NCBI GenBank assembly: GCA_012690745.1
Contig: GCA_012690745.1_4086.1
DNA: 64,000 nucleotides
Reading direction: 5' to 3' (one strand)
Source of the DNA: a phage
In this document: positions 40,801-49,447 of the stretch, piece after piece
Position numbering within the stretch: position 1 is the stretch's first letter
Layout: each line of letters begins with the position of its first letter
Position numbers and translations under genes: made by a program
Notes under the pieces: model-generated
Told to the model about the DNA's origin: nothing
The model's database searches: none
What the model saw: only the letters and a program-made list of their open reading frames with translations

Positions 40801-43800
40801 TAATAGATTGTACTGAACCAAAGTCTGCCCCAAATTTAGCGTTTGCAGCACTTGGGGTACAAGAAATAAATTCACCAGTTACTAGAGAATTCTGACTCCA
40901 GATCACGAAATCTTTAGCAATAGTGTTCCAATCTTGTTGAGCACCACTATCATTTACATCTTCAAAAATCCAACCATGTTCTTTAAGATATTCACCATAT
41001 CCACAAATAAAAGTATAAACTTCTTGGTAACTATTGAAAACTTTACCATATTCAATTGAAGCTTCAGACTTCCATTCATTATAATGAACAACATTACGGT
41101 TTTCCAATTTAAGAGTTACTTTTCTACCATTTTTTACTGGAAGTTTATATTTAAATTTAGCACCAACTAGATCATATCCATCAATCTGATATGCACTACC
41201 ATTCCAAGTAATTTTGATCGCACTCATTTGCTCATCACGGATATTATTAGAACGAACAAGACCAATGGTTTGGTTTTCTTGTGAAATAAGACCGAAAGAT
41301 TTAGCATTGAATGTTAGCTGATCTGCTTTAGTAAATCCTCCAATTTTATGACCAACATTTATATAAGAAGAACGAACTACATCCCCATACTTGGTGGTAA
41401 TATTTTTATTTTGATACATCAAATGGTCACTTACAAACATTTGATAACCAATTGTTCTTGTGCTATTTTCACCATGAACTACTGTATTTTTATCAAAATT
41501 AATACGCTTACGTGTATCACCATAAAGGAATTGTGAACCATCAGTGAATACTTCTTTTAAGTTATCGTTGCGGGTATCCCAGAAATAGTTAGCAAATTGT
41601 GCTGGTTTAGCTTTATACAAAAGCATCATTTGGTCATATGCAAACAATGTAGTGTTCATGTATGTAAATTCCATGTCACCCATATCACCATATGTCCAAG
41701 GTTCTGCTCTATGATTTAAAGATCCAGACACTAAACCTAAAATTTCAGGTGCAATATATTCAACCACACAAATATCAATACCAGAAGATGTTTTATTTCC
41801 AGTTTTTGTAATTTTGAATGGCTGTACACCAAATCTTTTATATTTGTCATATTGACCACGACGATCACCAAATAAAATAGTTCCAGTACTGCTATCTCCA
41901 ATAGTTCCGTCAATATCCCAAAGACCACTAGGAACTAAATCACCTTGCTCATTCATAACAAGTGCTTCATATACATATACAACATCACTATCACGTTCAC
42001 CAACTTGAACAGCCGTTGGTTCGTATTCTTGGTTCCACCAAGTTGGACGTTGTGTAAAGCCAAACATTTCCCACGGATGGGTAGCTGGGCGATATGTACC
42101 ATATTGGTCAGTGTAAATGGCACGCCATGAACCACGTGCAGGAATTTCAGTACTTTGACCATTAACTACATAATAAGTGCCAGTATAGTTCCAAGTTCTC
42201 CAATTGTTAGGATCATAATCATGTGTACTATTACTGATACCATTAGTTGCGGTGAAGTTAATGTATCCACGTAGTAATAATGTTTGTTTCTCTTCAGCAC
42301 TATATTCAGTTTTAGTGAAATATGGTGTAGGGAAAAGGTCATCACTATTCAATACTGGTACGTAATCAACATCTTTGAATTTATTATCAATACTATTAAA
42401 AATTCTATTTTCTAATTCATATACAACATCATCCATTTTATCAACACCATTGATAACACGGTATGCTTTGGAAATAATACCAGTATGACTGATGTTATAA
42501 CAGCTTGGTTTACTACCAGCAGTGAGGAATGTCGCTTTTTCTGGTACATATGCTTGAAGAATACCTAAGAACTGTGGTGTTGGTGGTATAAATGCACGAA
42601 TGAATCCAGAAGTACTTCCAACATTATCATAATAGAATGGGAATGAACTATCACGTCCCATATTAATAGTAGTTAAAATTGCATCAACAATGTTTGCAGC
42701 ACTATTTTGTAAAAAGTCTGATGGATTTTCATCATACATACGAAGCATTTGTGTATTAAATTTATTAATGAATCTAAAATATTCAGATTGCATAAACATA
42801 GTTGCTTCAAACAAATCAATATCTTCATTTGCAGTATGTGCCATCAATGGAAGCATAGATGCTTCATTTTGGATAATTTTAGTACCTACGCCATTATTAA
42901 CCAATCCTTTAGCCAAACGTTCTTCATAGTCATTGAAATCATCAGAAGAACCACGTGTAATGTTCTTTTGAATAATATCCTGAAAATGTAAAGTGTAGTC
43001 ACCTTGGTTAATGTATATAATATTAGAATTATATGGGTTATTTTGTAGGTTGATTGGAACTTCATATGCACCTAATTCTTTATTAGGAGTTACAGTACTG
43101 CTATAAGTTCTAATTTGAATAACAGAATCTTCATCCAATTCTACAGTACTATCTAGAGTGATGCTTTGTACTTGACCTTTTGAAACATTTTTGGTATATT
43201 TGGACACATCAACACCATCAACCACAACTTCAATAATATCAGAATCATTATCTAAAACTTTTTGTGCCAATTCGAATGTATGGTCATATTTTACAATCTG
43301 AACACCATCACCAGTAATTGGATGCCAATCTAGATAAGTTTCACGGTCAGCTTTATAGTACTGATATGTTCTATCAACTTCAATAACATATGCATACATA
43401 CCATCAACTGGTTCTTTAAAAACTTCCATATCATAAACAGTACTGAATACACGATACATATCAGTACGTTGGACTTGTGGAGTTTGTTTTACAAATTGTT
43501 TAGAGTACTCTTCTGAACGAACCCAATCGGTTTGAAGATTCATTTCATTATTTTCATCAATAATGTTATAATAGTATAAACCATCAATTTCAACTTCTTT
43601 TCCAAGATGGTCATAGGTATAACGTTGGGATTGTAAAAAGTTTTCATAAATGTAATAATTATAATCACCAAGTTCAATGTTATATCCATATACACTATCA
43701 GTTGCATAGTTGTAATTTATTTTAAAACCAAACAACTCTGAACCTTTAAAGTTACTTGATGGATATGTAGTACTGTTGTCAAGTTTGATACCATTACGAT

Positions 43801-44899
43801 CATAAAGTTGGAATTTAGGGAATACGTTAACACTAGTTTTTGATTGTGCACGAACCCACAAAGATCCATTCCAGTACATAGAACTATTACCATACTCATT
43901 ACCTTTAGTGATTAGAACAACATCACCATCTTGAGGTTCACCACTTGGGCGTGATTCGGTTTCTTCTTCTGGATCTAGTGCTAAACCATAAACACGAGTA
44001 CCATCTTGCATTTTTTTCACATATACATTATAAATTCTATTGTTTTCACCATTGTTACCAATACTGGTGAATAGAATACGCATTCCATCTTGCGGAATAA
44101 TACCATCAATACGTATACCACTATTAATATCTTTTTGAACGATATCTTCAGGTTTAATAATATCAGAGAACAGATCAACAGTTCCACGGAATTTTGTACC
44201 GTAGTTAATTAGCTCAATATTTTTATTATATTCAATAATTGGTGCACGTGCACGAATAAAACGTGAATCTTGCATTAATTCTTCAGTTAATATTGAGCCA
44301 TCTTCTAATGTTTCACCTAAAGTATACCAAAAGTTTTGTAGTGACCATGTATTACCATTAAGTGCTCCACGTTCCATTACAATGTAATCAGGTGAAGTAA
44401 TATTATAAGAGTTTTTAGTATCCCAAAGATATGAGCTAAAATTGTTCATTTTATTTGGGTTAATAGCTGGAGTCCATGCATAAAACTTACCGTTGAACAA
44501 ACGGCTTTCATTATCGGTTAGTGCTCCATAATGATTCATGTATCCAACTAGATCATCATAAAATTGAATTGAACGAATTGTCGAATCATCATTTTTTGAG
44601 ACGTAAGCAGTGGACAACTGATAAAGTTGACGTGCTACAGTACTTTCATGTAAGAAGATATTACCAGCAGCGGCAGGAGAACCCATATCACCAATATAGC
44701 CGTCAACTAATTCGTTTTCAGCCGGATTAAACCATTGTTGAATAACATCATCACTGACTTTTTGAATATCTTCTAAGCCTTGCATCCACTCAGGCAATCT
44801 TTTAATAAAAAGCTTCTTCTGTACTGCTTCAGCCATCTGTGTAGGTTGAAACTTAAAATTATTAGTCATTTTTGGACTCCATATAATTCGTTCATTCAT
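34898..44899 (-). CDS. giant virion protein (3333 aa), probably baseplate-wedge/fibre-network component
   Basis: Uninterrupted 10-kb ORF directly downstream of the baseplate-J-like gene in the baseplate operon; Y/N/D/T-rich beta-type composition. A second in-frame ATG (44869) with a GGAG RBS may be the true start. Confidence 0.7.
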   Translation of the reverse strand: MNERIIWSPKMTNNFKFQPTQMAEAVQKKLFIKRLPEWMQGLEDIQKVSDDVIQQWFNPAENELVDGYIGDMGSPAAAGNIFLHESTVARQLYQLSTAYVSKNDDSTIRSIQFYDDLVGYMNHYGALTDNESRLFNGKFYAWTPAINPNKMNNFSSYLWDTKNSYNITSPDYIVMERGALNGNTWSLQNFWYTLGETLEDGSILTEELMQDSRFIRARAPIIEYNKNIELINYGTKFRGTVDLFSDIIKPEDIVQKDINSGIRIDGIIPQDGMRILFTSIGNNGENNRIYNVYVKKMQDGTRVYGLALDPEEETESRPSGEPQDGDVVLITKGNEYGNSSMYWNGSLWVRAQSKTSVNVFPKFQLYDRNGIKLDNSTTYPSSNFKGSELFGFKINYNYATDSVYGYNIELGDYNYYIYENFLQSQRYTYDHLGKEVEIDGLYYYNIIDENNEMNLQTDWVRSEEYSKQFVKQTPQVQRTDMYRVFSTVYDMEVFKEPVDGMYAYVIEVDRTYQYYKADRETYLDWHPITGDGVQIVKYDHTFELAQKVLDNDSDIIEVVVDGVDVSKYTKNVSKGQVQSITLDSTVELDEDSVIQIRTYSSTVTPNKELGAYEVPINLQNNPYNSNIIYINQGDYTLHFQDIIQKNITRGSSDDFNDYEERLAKGLVNNGVGTKIIQNEASMLPLMAHTANEDIDLFEATMFMQSEYFRFINKFNTQMLRMYDENPSDFLQNSAANIVDAILTTINMGRDSSFPFYYDNVGSTSGFIRAFIPPTPQFLGILQAYVPEKATFLTAGSKPSCYNISHTGIISKAYRVINGVDKMDDVVYELENRIFNSIDNKFKDVDYVPVLNSDDLFPTPYFTKTEYSAEEKQTLLLRGYINFTATNGISNSTHDYDPNNWRTWNYTGTYYVVNGQSTEIPARGSWRAIYTDQYGTYRPATHPWEMFGFTQRPTWWNQEYEPTAVQVGERDSDVVYVYEALVMNEQGDLVPSGLWDIDGTIGDSSTGTILFGDRRGQYDKYKRFGVQPFKITKTGNKTSSGIDICVVEYIAPEILGLVSGSLNHRAEPWTYGDMGDMEFTYMNTTLFAYDQMMLLYKAKPAQFANYFWDTRNDNLKEVFTDGSQFLYGDTRKRINFDKNTVVHGENSTRTIGYQMFVSDHLMYQNKNITTKYGDVVRSSYINVGHKIGGFTKADQLTFNAKSFGLISQENQTIGLVRSNNIRDEQMSAIKITWNGSAYQIDGYDLVGAKFKYKLPVKNGRKVTLKLENRNVVHYNEWKSEASIEYGKVFNSYQEVYTFICGYGEYLKEHGWIFEDVNDSGAQQDWNTIAKDFVIWSQNSLVTGEFISCTPSAANAKFGADFGSVQSITQNNGGVWSLLDDNNQGIRQYEIETSRIGNIFTVRTLESNKRIALIRLSLCSYEHAVIFDDKTIFGDYIYQPTYGSIQELIKMYGYITGSWTGRLQAPGFIILEAGTLPSFEKLVSDFQHYYDSETPVSDVQLQELSNHLIGYQSRDYLQRMISSDVSRVDFYKGFIHDKGTNQVLERVLRVSKSYDTDEYKALQEWAFKIGTYGNIDGKKNLQFKLINDQFKQQPQMVSFDVNATSNGNGNHIVYFGEQGKDPRWITRPNGKFSFPMRSGRSENIQLPDIGPVTLDEVSYTTKDFSTAYNDRITYTNGKGENPESVWMFKDGNGLWNIFELVDTNVQMVSITPIENTDVYAEQFCKVTLTDNVPLEDGDYYYFVDETNFMPDTLTVESQYYTAGSDPKVMVVPFDTSIDIEFTDPDTRPRLYRYVSRFASTDDRQAYIDKKYSFKAPQSTLFDRPTTYDERTNITELYLNVYDPINGVIPGAAMQNVTYTSPVDPAQYNSNGELIQAWGADKVGQVWWNTSTAFYLDYTRAIYDADGNVDIDATNEYKRYNWGRLLPHSTIDVLEWVCSPVEPYNWDKYCKDVAKKNKNNTMYLPSGTALEDNYSTFLEYDSSTDSYVTKYYFWVRDTIYVPPLHTRTKSCTDIARIIKDPTQLNIPWFAPINENSFILSNMQFKVNDDTSILTVSYYMDSTEVVKHDQYQLCKEGDSYNFNPLIWDSMWNSLIGQETTESGSVINLLYPDVDNGLGSNKTWFQNVIEARRNFVESANNYYRSQNITTNSVVMEDVFNVKTTEVNPNEVSFRVLSYNNELVIAVESDKFKENDAVILSTSGYLPNPLTSSAVYFIHFDENGYIQLMNSPANAGSVVTITLENKGEGQHKMIKQSDYVESLGTSLDMTQYWSYADWYDVGYDSNTTYTQESSLEDANTKNYQVGDIIRVTDSENIWTLYIKSQSRDSIYWKAIGRENSTVELNDMLYADYSVHNDNGSLSNREINVRKALALLKNSFDLHQSEIVFDMVKYVHVEQSVVDWVFKTSYIYIVGLEQSLVQNYSNDNLINQIVEYFEEVKPYRTKIRSQIEQKTSDDDLIKGLCNDLDPNGYIFVDGSWIKTEKDIWDYEYAQFNEITQKWEQVGSLPSDFVTPNRRFQEIDIIMHYDNIQCKPNEDLASINELVSVNNKYQSNEKDAVSNYELQRYIYSFPEYSEETFDLLIAYQMQIYYPELDVTLGTAYGVNQWYKDHAEDLEATDEFTATLERVYKESTHNDMFTDLRQYVQYNTLANRLKLYKDISDEKIHDEVGCGFSGLTYNDNPSTRLPLGFSSSNDYNYGYFEISSELYQKYISLIKDKNPDASDYEVKVKLEVEYGVYVYRYDEVGGDTRFYTDAIHVLAGMRGLFDKDATDKYEKAEEILSKTPIDIYAITMIPRKYVYLNVNGVYQSIPDEQSIDDFMEDYFITNGEMVELAEINLDDLPLDQNNPMYSDYQYILDSITEAKYFNDMNAFDNLALESQTSSIKWEVKDDEVDPYIVDISDINPSGRDVGQIRFTVDGYGFDNVSLVQLRDNSRYQTEGMAIINPYKHTEAIVSIPSYAKIENDINKTTSKFDEKYFYRVRSINSLTEAEIVDNDLSDGDKVMIFTPDGEDFVRYQNHTWETILRVSNIKNNTTPILFTVRNTGKETIELIDESTGAVLRYDNITLAQQNEPVQPLALNIVRVRTFADPEFVKNGIKLYEQNRNYTIDVINYDVFYDITLNGGKYNDGITPDDVDVWIISNEIFDVDGITIDNGYNLPITGAGVLSELARTKMTDSLEINVIEYDSSVIQPFRNNEGIWVYGFPMVDGMYIGVVGGTVTNITTISEENTTYVSQPKSISPYSIRNNVLSGSAANMNDIISIGYEKVEVRNANNLLRGVMYSAEHDFKLNTTYSFNGINLGNYDMLKRYTQNSYTIDLSVYTDSLQVSGNDIKNILLVK

Positions 44900-44914
44900 T
44901 TGATTTATTTATGA

Positions 44915-44942
44915 TATAAAAAAGGCGTTCCGAAGAACGCCC
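44915..44942 (-). terminator. intrinsic terminator (minus strand) between the 1153-aa and 3333-aa genes
   Basis: Minus-strand GGCGTTC-ttcg-GAACGCC followed by TTTTTTAT. Confidence 0.6.
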
Positions 44943-44948
44943 GTTATA

Positions 44949-47900
44949 TTAAGAACCGATATTAATATTACTTTTAGCTAGTGAGTTAACAATTTGAACA
45001 TTTTCAACAGATGCAGTACTCAAAAATATTTGGTCTGAACGTGAAGGGATTTCAAATAGAGAGCCAAATTTTGAATTTGGATTTTGTGCAACTATAACAA
45101 TGGTACTAATATGTCTACCTAACTGTGAGTGTATGTAAGTACACAAATCAGTATAATAGAAACTTTCACCGAAATCCCAGTTGTCAACATTGAAGTATTC
45201 ATTAGTTAATGCTATAACATTTTGACGAATTTCATCGTCACTCATTGTGCTGTTTGGTAATTTCACTACTTTAAAATCAGCTTTGTAATCTTCAGCAGCA
45301 CTGTTGCCAAATAAAGGTAAGTACTCAGCACTATGCCAAATAATACTATCACTAATGACTATTTTTTGTTCAACATCTTTGAACATATCTTTCAATTCAA
45401 CCGATGTAGGTGGTTTAGGAATACTACCAACAGCATTATTTTTCAACCAAACGTCAACTTCAGTTTTATATGAATTGGTTAATACATACATATCAATTAA
45501 GTTTGTTCTACTAGGATCAATGCGATTGTCGTCAGGTGCATAGTGTTTCCAATGGAAGTCTATACTAGTACGTGCATTAGTTTTAACAGTGTACTGTGAA
45601 GTAACATCTTTGTATCCATAATAATCTAGCTTCTGATTCTCGTCAGCATTAGTTCCCATGTTATTAATTGCACGATAAAAAGCCAATTCAGGACTAACAG
45701 TGCCAGTATCATCGGAATAAGTTAAATTACTAATTAGCTGTCCTAAACGATCATTGTTATTACCAACTGTTTGTTCAATAAAATAATATTTACCATCATA
45801 GTTAAAACCAACTAAAAATCCAGAACCTTTACTATATAATCCACTCAATGTGGTTGAACGAATTGCGTTATTTCTAACAAATTCAGTTCTTTTATATGCA
45901 TTCGGCTCTGCCAAGGCTTGTTCCATTGTATAAGACCACGATGAATCAAGAAGTGTGAAGGTATCATTTGGTAACGACAGTACTGATATAGTGAAATCAC
46001 TATTTTCCTGAAATACCAAAATACCACCATATTTTAATGCATCGGTTCCAGTCCAAGTAGGAACAATTTCTTTAAATTGGTTTGGTTCCAATGGTATACC
46101 ATTACTATCTACTTTCCTAGATGTAACAATAACACGAGAACCATCTAGATAGCCATTCTCTTGTTGAATTGTGTCATAAATTTGAAAATCTATATTACTT
46201 GTCAATCCTGAATTACTACTACTAGTAGTGTTAGATGATAAAATTTCAATCTTATCACTTTGAACTGTACCAGTACTAATATCAGTAATTTTTTTAGATG
46301 ATACAAAGTAAAATCTTACTTTTTCTCCACCCACAAAAATATATTCAATACCGTTAGCATCAAATTCCCAAGTTTCTGCTGTATATTTTACATTAATTAT
46401 AATTAAAACTTCATTGCCATTATATACAATAGTATCATCATTGGTACTTACTTCAATAGGAACCCATGATGTCGTTTCTTTGTCATGTACAATAACAAAA
46501 TCAGTTTTTTTATCTAGCATAGCAGAAATTGCTTGAACTTCAACCGAGTTAAATCTAGTTCTATATGGTAAAATGTACTCTATGGCTTGCATTCCACTTG
46601 GAACCGATGTACTCAGTACATAAAATCCATTATCCAATACACTAACTACACTAGCCCATATAGTAGTTCCAGAATTAGAAAATTTAATTAGAGTACCAAC
46701 CTGATATGAACCATAAACTGTACCAGATGAACCCAAAATTCTACCATATGTGTTAGTTGTATAATTTGAATTGTATACCGGAGTCCATGCTTGTTGTATT
46801 TCAATACCAATTGTATTTGATGGAAACGCTTGGTAACGTTGTATTACCGCATTTTCACCAATCAATGGTTGAATATTGTCAATAACAATACTAGCATTTG
46901 TTTTTGTAGTTGGTAGTAATAATGACCTATTAAATTGTGTGTTTTCTTGATATAATGCACCATCATCACTAAAAACATCGGTATTTTGATACTTACCAGT
47001 AGGATCATTAATATCAATAAATCTTGATTGTCCACTATAAATTCTATTAATAGCTTTAGATTTAAGTACAGTATTGCCTAAACTAAGTGGTGCAATATTA
47101 TAATCTTCACCATTGACAAAACGGTTTTGTGTATAGTACATTTGTGGTGCACGTGCTTTAATCTGCTCAATAGTCTCTGCACTTTGTGCACGGTCGGACT
47201 CATATTGTAATGAAAAACGTATATCCAATGTACTAGATTCATAACTTGACTGTGTTTTTGTACGATATGTATATTTTACGCTTTTGTTTTGAATTTCAGA
47301 AGTTTTAATGTTATATGTTTTACCATTACTAACACGATACCATACGCGGAACGTCCCACGGGGAACAACACCACTTCTTGAGTCTGGATACTTAATTGTT
47401 ATTTGATCTTTATCACGAGTAGTAACAGCAAAAATTGTTTTTAATTGACGATTAACAGTGTTATATGCAATACTTTCCATTGATGGAACTTTTGTCCATT
47501 TGGTACGAACAATACCATCTTCATTTATTTCTTGAACCCATACATCAGTTTCGTTGATATTATCAACGTTAATATCTTGTATACGGTTCTCTTCACGGAT
47601 AGCATATTGATAATCTTGATATGTCAATGTACCTTGTACGAAATATACAAAAAAACCAGTATTTGGTGAGCTAAATCCATTACCATCATTTTGATAAACA
47701 ATATATTTTTGCTCTTGTGGTTCTGGATGTCGTTCTTCAACACCAACAGACGTAATATCAGGATTCACTACTTCAAATGTCATAGATTCACCATTGACAG
47801 TTGCAATAAATGGAATACTGGGTGCTGTCATTGGGATGGTGTTCATTCGATATAGTTGACGGGAGACACCATTAACATCAATACGCTTGACTGGATTACC

Positions 47901-48410
47901 AAATTGGTTAGTACTGACAAATGAACTGTTCATTACTAGAATGAAGTTTTCATACCAGTTAGCATCCATCGGGTCATTCCAACGAATGATTTTATCTTTT
48001 AATGATTCATTAAAACTATTACGAACATCTTGGTTTGTTTTAATTTCGGTTAATTTAGCAACTGCACGACCTGGATATGAGCGGCGTGGTGAGTAAGAAA
48101 TCATTTTAGCTAGTTTTAGTACTGATGCACGACGAGTTGCAGTATCTAAAAAGTTTTCACGTGTGTTCAAATCCATACGAAATGCCAAGTTCTGCCCTAG
48201 CATAGAAATCGTATCTAAAATAAAAATAAACTGGTCGTTTTCGATCCAGTCGTTGAATGAGTCTGGGTAAGTTGCACGTAGATAATCAATCATACTCTGA
48301 CGGATAGTATCGAAGTCATAAGCTGTAAGATTGATTTTATAAAAACTTTCATATACTTGAGTCCAATCCTCACCAGCGTATAAATTTGATTGCCTTTTTT
48401 GTTGTGACAT
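44949..48410 (-). CDS. baseplate wedge protein, baseplate-J/gp6-like (1153 aa)
   Basis: Large ORF immediately downstream of the gp25/GPW-like gene, the conserved W-J order of myovirus baseplates. Assignment rests mainly on synteny. Confidence 0.45.
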   Translation of the reverse strand: MSQQKRQSNLYAGEDWTQVYESFYKINLTAYDFDTIRQSMIDYLRATYPDSFNDWIENDQFIFILDTISMLGQNLAFRMDLNTRENFLDTATRRASVLKLAKMISYSPRRSYPGRAVAKLTEIKTNQDVRNSFNESLKDKIIRWNDPMDANWYENFILVMNSSFVSTNQFGNPVKRIDVNGVSRQLYRMNTIPMTAPSIPFIATVNGESMTFEVVNPDITSVGVEERHPEPQEQKYIVYQNDGNGFSSPNTGFFVYFVQGTLTYQDYQYAIREENRIQDINVDNINETDVWVQEINEDGIVRTKWTKVPSMESIAYNTVNRQLKTIFAVTTRDKDQITIKYPDSRSGVVPRGTFRVWYRVSNGKTYNIKTSEIQNKSVKYTYRTKTQSSYESSTLDIRFSLQYESDRAQSAETIEQIKARAPQMYYTQNRFVNGEDYNIAPLSLGNTVLKSKAINRIYSGQSRFIDINDPTGKYQNTDVFSDDGALYQENTQFNRSLLLPTTKTNASIVIDNIQPLIGENAVIQRYQAFPSNTIGIEIQQAWTPVYNSNYTTNTYGRILGSSGTVYGSYQVGTLIKFSNSGTTIWASVVSVLDNGFYVLSTSVPSGMQAIEYILPYRTRFNSVEVQAISAMLDKKTDFVIVHDKETTSWVPIEVSTNDDTIVYNGNEVLIIINVKYTAETWEFDANGIEYIFVGGEKVRFYFVSSKKITDISTGTVQSDKIEILSSNTTSSSNSGLTSNIDFQIYDTIQQENGYLDGSRVIVTSRKVDSNGIPLEPNQFKEIVPTWTGTDALKYGGILVFQENSDFTISVLSLPNDTFTLLDSSWSYTMEQALAEPNAYKRTEFVRNNAIRSTTLSGLYSKGSGFLVGFNYDGKYYFIEQTVGNNNDRLGQLISNLTYSDDTGTVSPELAFYRAINNMGTNADENQKLDYYGYKDVTSQYTVKTNARTSIDFHWKHYAPDDNRIDPSRTNLIDMYVLTNSYKTEVDVWLKNNAVGSIPKPPTSVELKDMFKDVEQKIVISDSIIWHSAEYLPLFGNSAAEDYKADFKVVKLPNSTMSDDEIRQNVIALTNEYFNVDNWDFGESFYYTDLCTYIHSQLGRHISTIVIVAQNPNSKFGSLFEIPSRSDQIFLSTASVENVQIVNSLAKSNINIGS

Positions 48411-48475
48411 AATTTATTCCTTTAAATCAGTAAAGTACTAGTTCAGTACTGGGAATTATATATAGAAATATTTAT

Positions 48476-48507
48476 TCAAAAAGAAAAGCACTCCGAAGAG
48501 TGCTTTT
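48476..48507 (-). terminator. intrinsic terminator (minus strand) after the gp25-like gene
   Basis: AAAGCACTC-ttcg-GAGTGCTTT followed by a T-run on the minus strand. Confidence 0.55.
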
Positions 48508-48511
48508 GTAA

Positions 48512-48907
48512 TTATAAAGACGATACTGAATATGTTGCCATTCTGTTATTACTTCTTGCATCGAATACAATAGTAAGTTCTTCTAATGTATCCAATACTA
48601 CGTACTGTAATACAATATTCATTTGGTATCCATATTCTATTCTTGAAATTTGCAATTTCTTAAGATTTAAGCGTGGATCTAAGCTAATTATTCTACGGGC
48701 ATCTGCTTCCAAAAGGTTGATAGTATTATAACCTTCCAATTCAAACAGCAAATCCCATGCAATAAAACCATAGTCAGCATCAAATGCTCTTTCGCCTTTT
48801 TTTGTATTGAAATGATTCATTAAATCTTGGCGAACCAATTCACTATCATACAATGTTTCAGTTCTACCCACTACTGGGGTAGAAAAACCTTTAAAAACAA
48901 CTGCCAT
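48512..48907 (-). CDS. baseplate wedge protein, gp25/GPW-like
   Basis: 131 aa; contains the family-typical TKKGERAFDADYG (GER...FG) motif; size and position between lysozyme and the J-like gene fit. Confidence 0.65.
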   Translation of the reverse strand: MAVVFKGFSTPVVGRTETLYDSELVRQDLMNHFNTKKGERAFDADYGFIAWDLLFELEGYNTINLLEADARRIISLDPRLNLKKLQISRIEYGYQMNIVLQYVVLDTLEELTIVFDARSNNRMATYSVSSL

Positions 48908-48922
48908 TGACTATTTCCTTTA

Positions 48923-49411
48923 TTATACGGATTCAACAATACGTGCCATCTTTTCCGCTCTTGAAGTGGTTTGTTTATACCATGTACTATCACGCAATTC
49001 CTTACCAGCAGTTTTATAATCAGCCTTACCTAATGCGGTCATTGCTTTTTTAAATTTTAAAACTTTGGTTTTTCCCATCTGGAATACCATCAACCATAAT
49101 ACACGTTGAACCTGTACAGGTGCGGTCATACCAAATTGTTCATAAATTGATTTTGCATCATTGTACGCAGTTTGAGCATCTTTAAGAAGAAGTTGGTCAG
49201 CTTGTGCTTCTGTTAAACCATTCTTGAAATTTTCACCAGGTAAAACTAGGTGACCATAGCCAATAGTATCAAGACCTAAGCTGTCTTTATATACCCAAAA
49301 CTTATCATTTTTAAAATAACCAAGTTTTTTCTGATAAGCAATAGTTCCTTCAAATTCTTTAATTTCCTTAAAAAATTGCTCATCTGTATTTTTAATTTCC
49401 CATTTACTCAT
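48923..49411 (-). CDS. T4-type lysozyme (GH24 endolysin)
   Basis: 162 aa; catalytic context EFEG...KDSLGLDTIGYGH (Glu/Asp/Thr triad arrangement of T4 lysozyme) and MVFQMGKT helix motif. Confidence 0.85.
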   Translation of the reverse strand: MSKWEIKNTDEQFFKEIKEFEGTIAYQKKLGYFKNDKFWVYKDSLGLDTIGYGHLVLPGENFKNGLTEAQADQLLLKDAQTAYNDAKSIYEQFGMTAPVQVQRVLWLMVFQMGKTKVLKFKKAMTALGKADYKTAGKELRDSTWYKQTTSRAEKMARIVESV

Positions 49412-49447
49412 AAAGATATCCTCGTTTTATTTATAGTACTAAAATAT

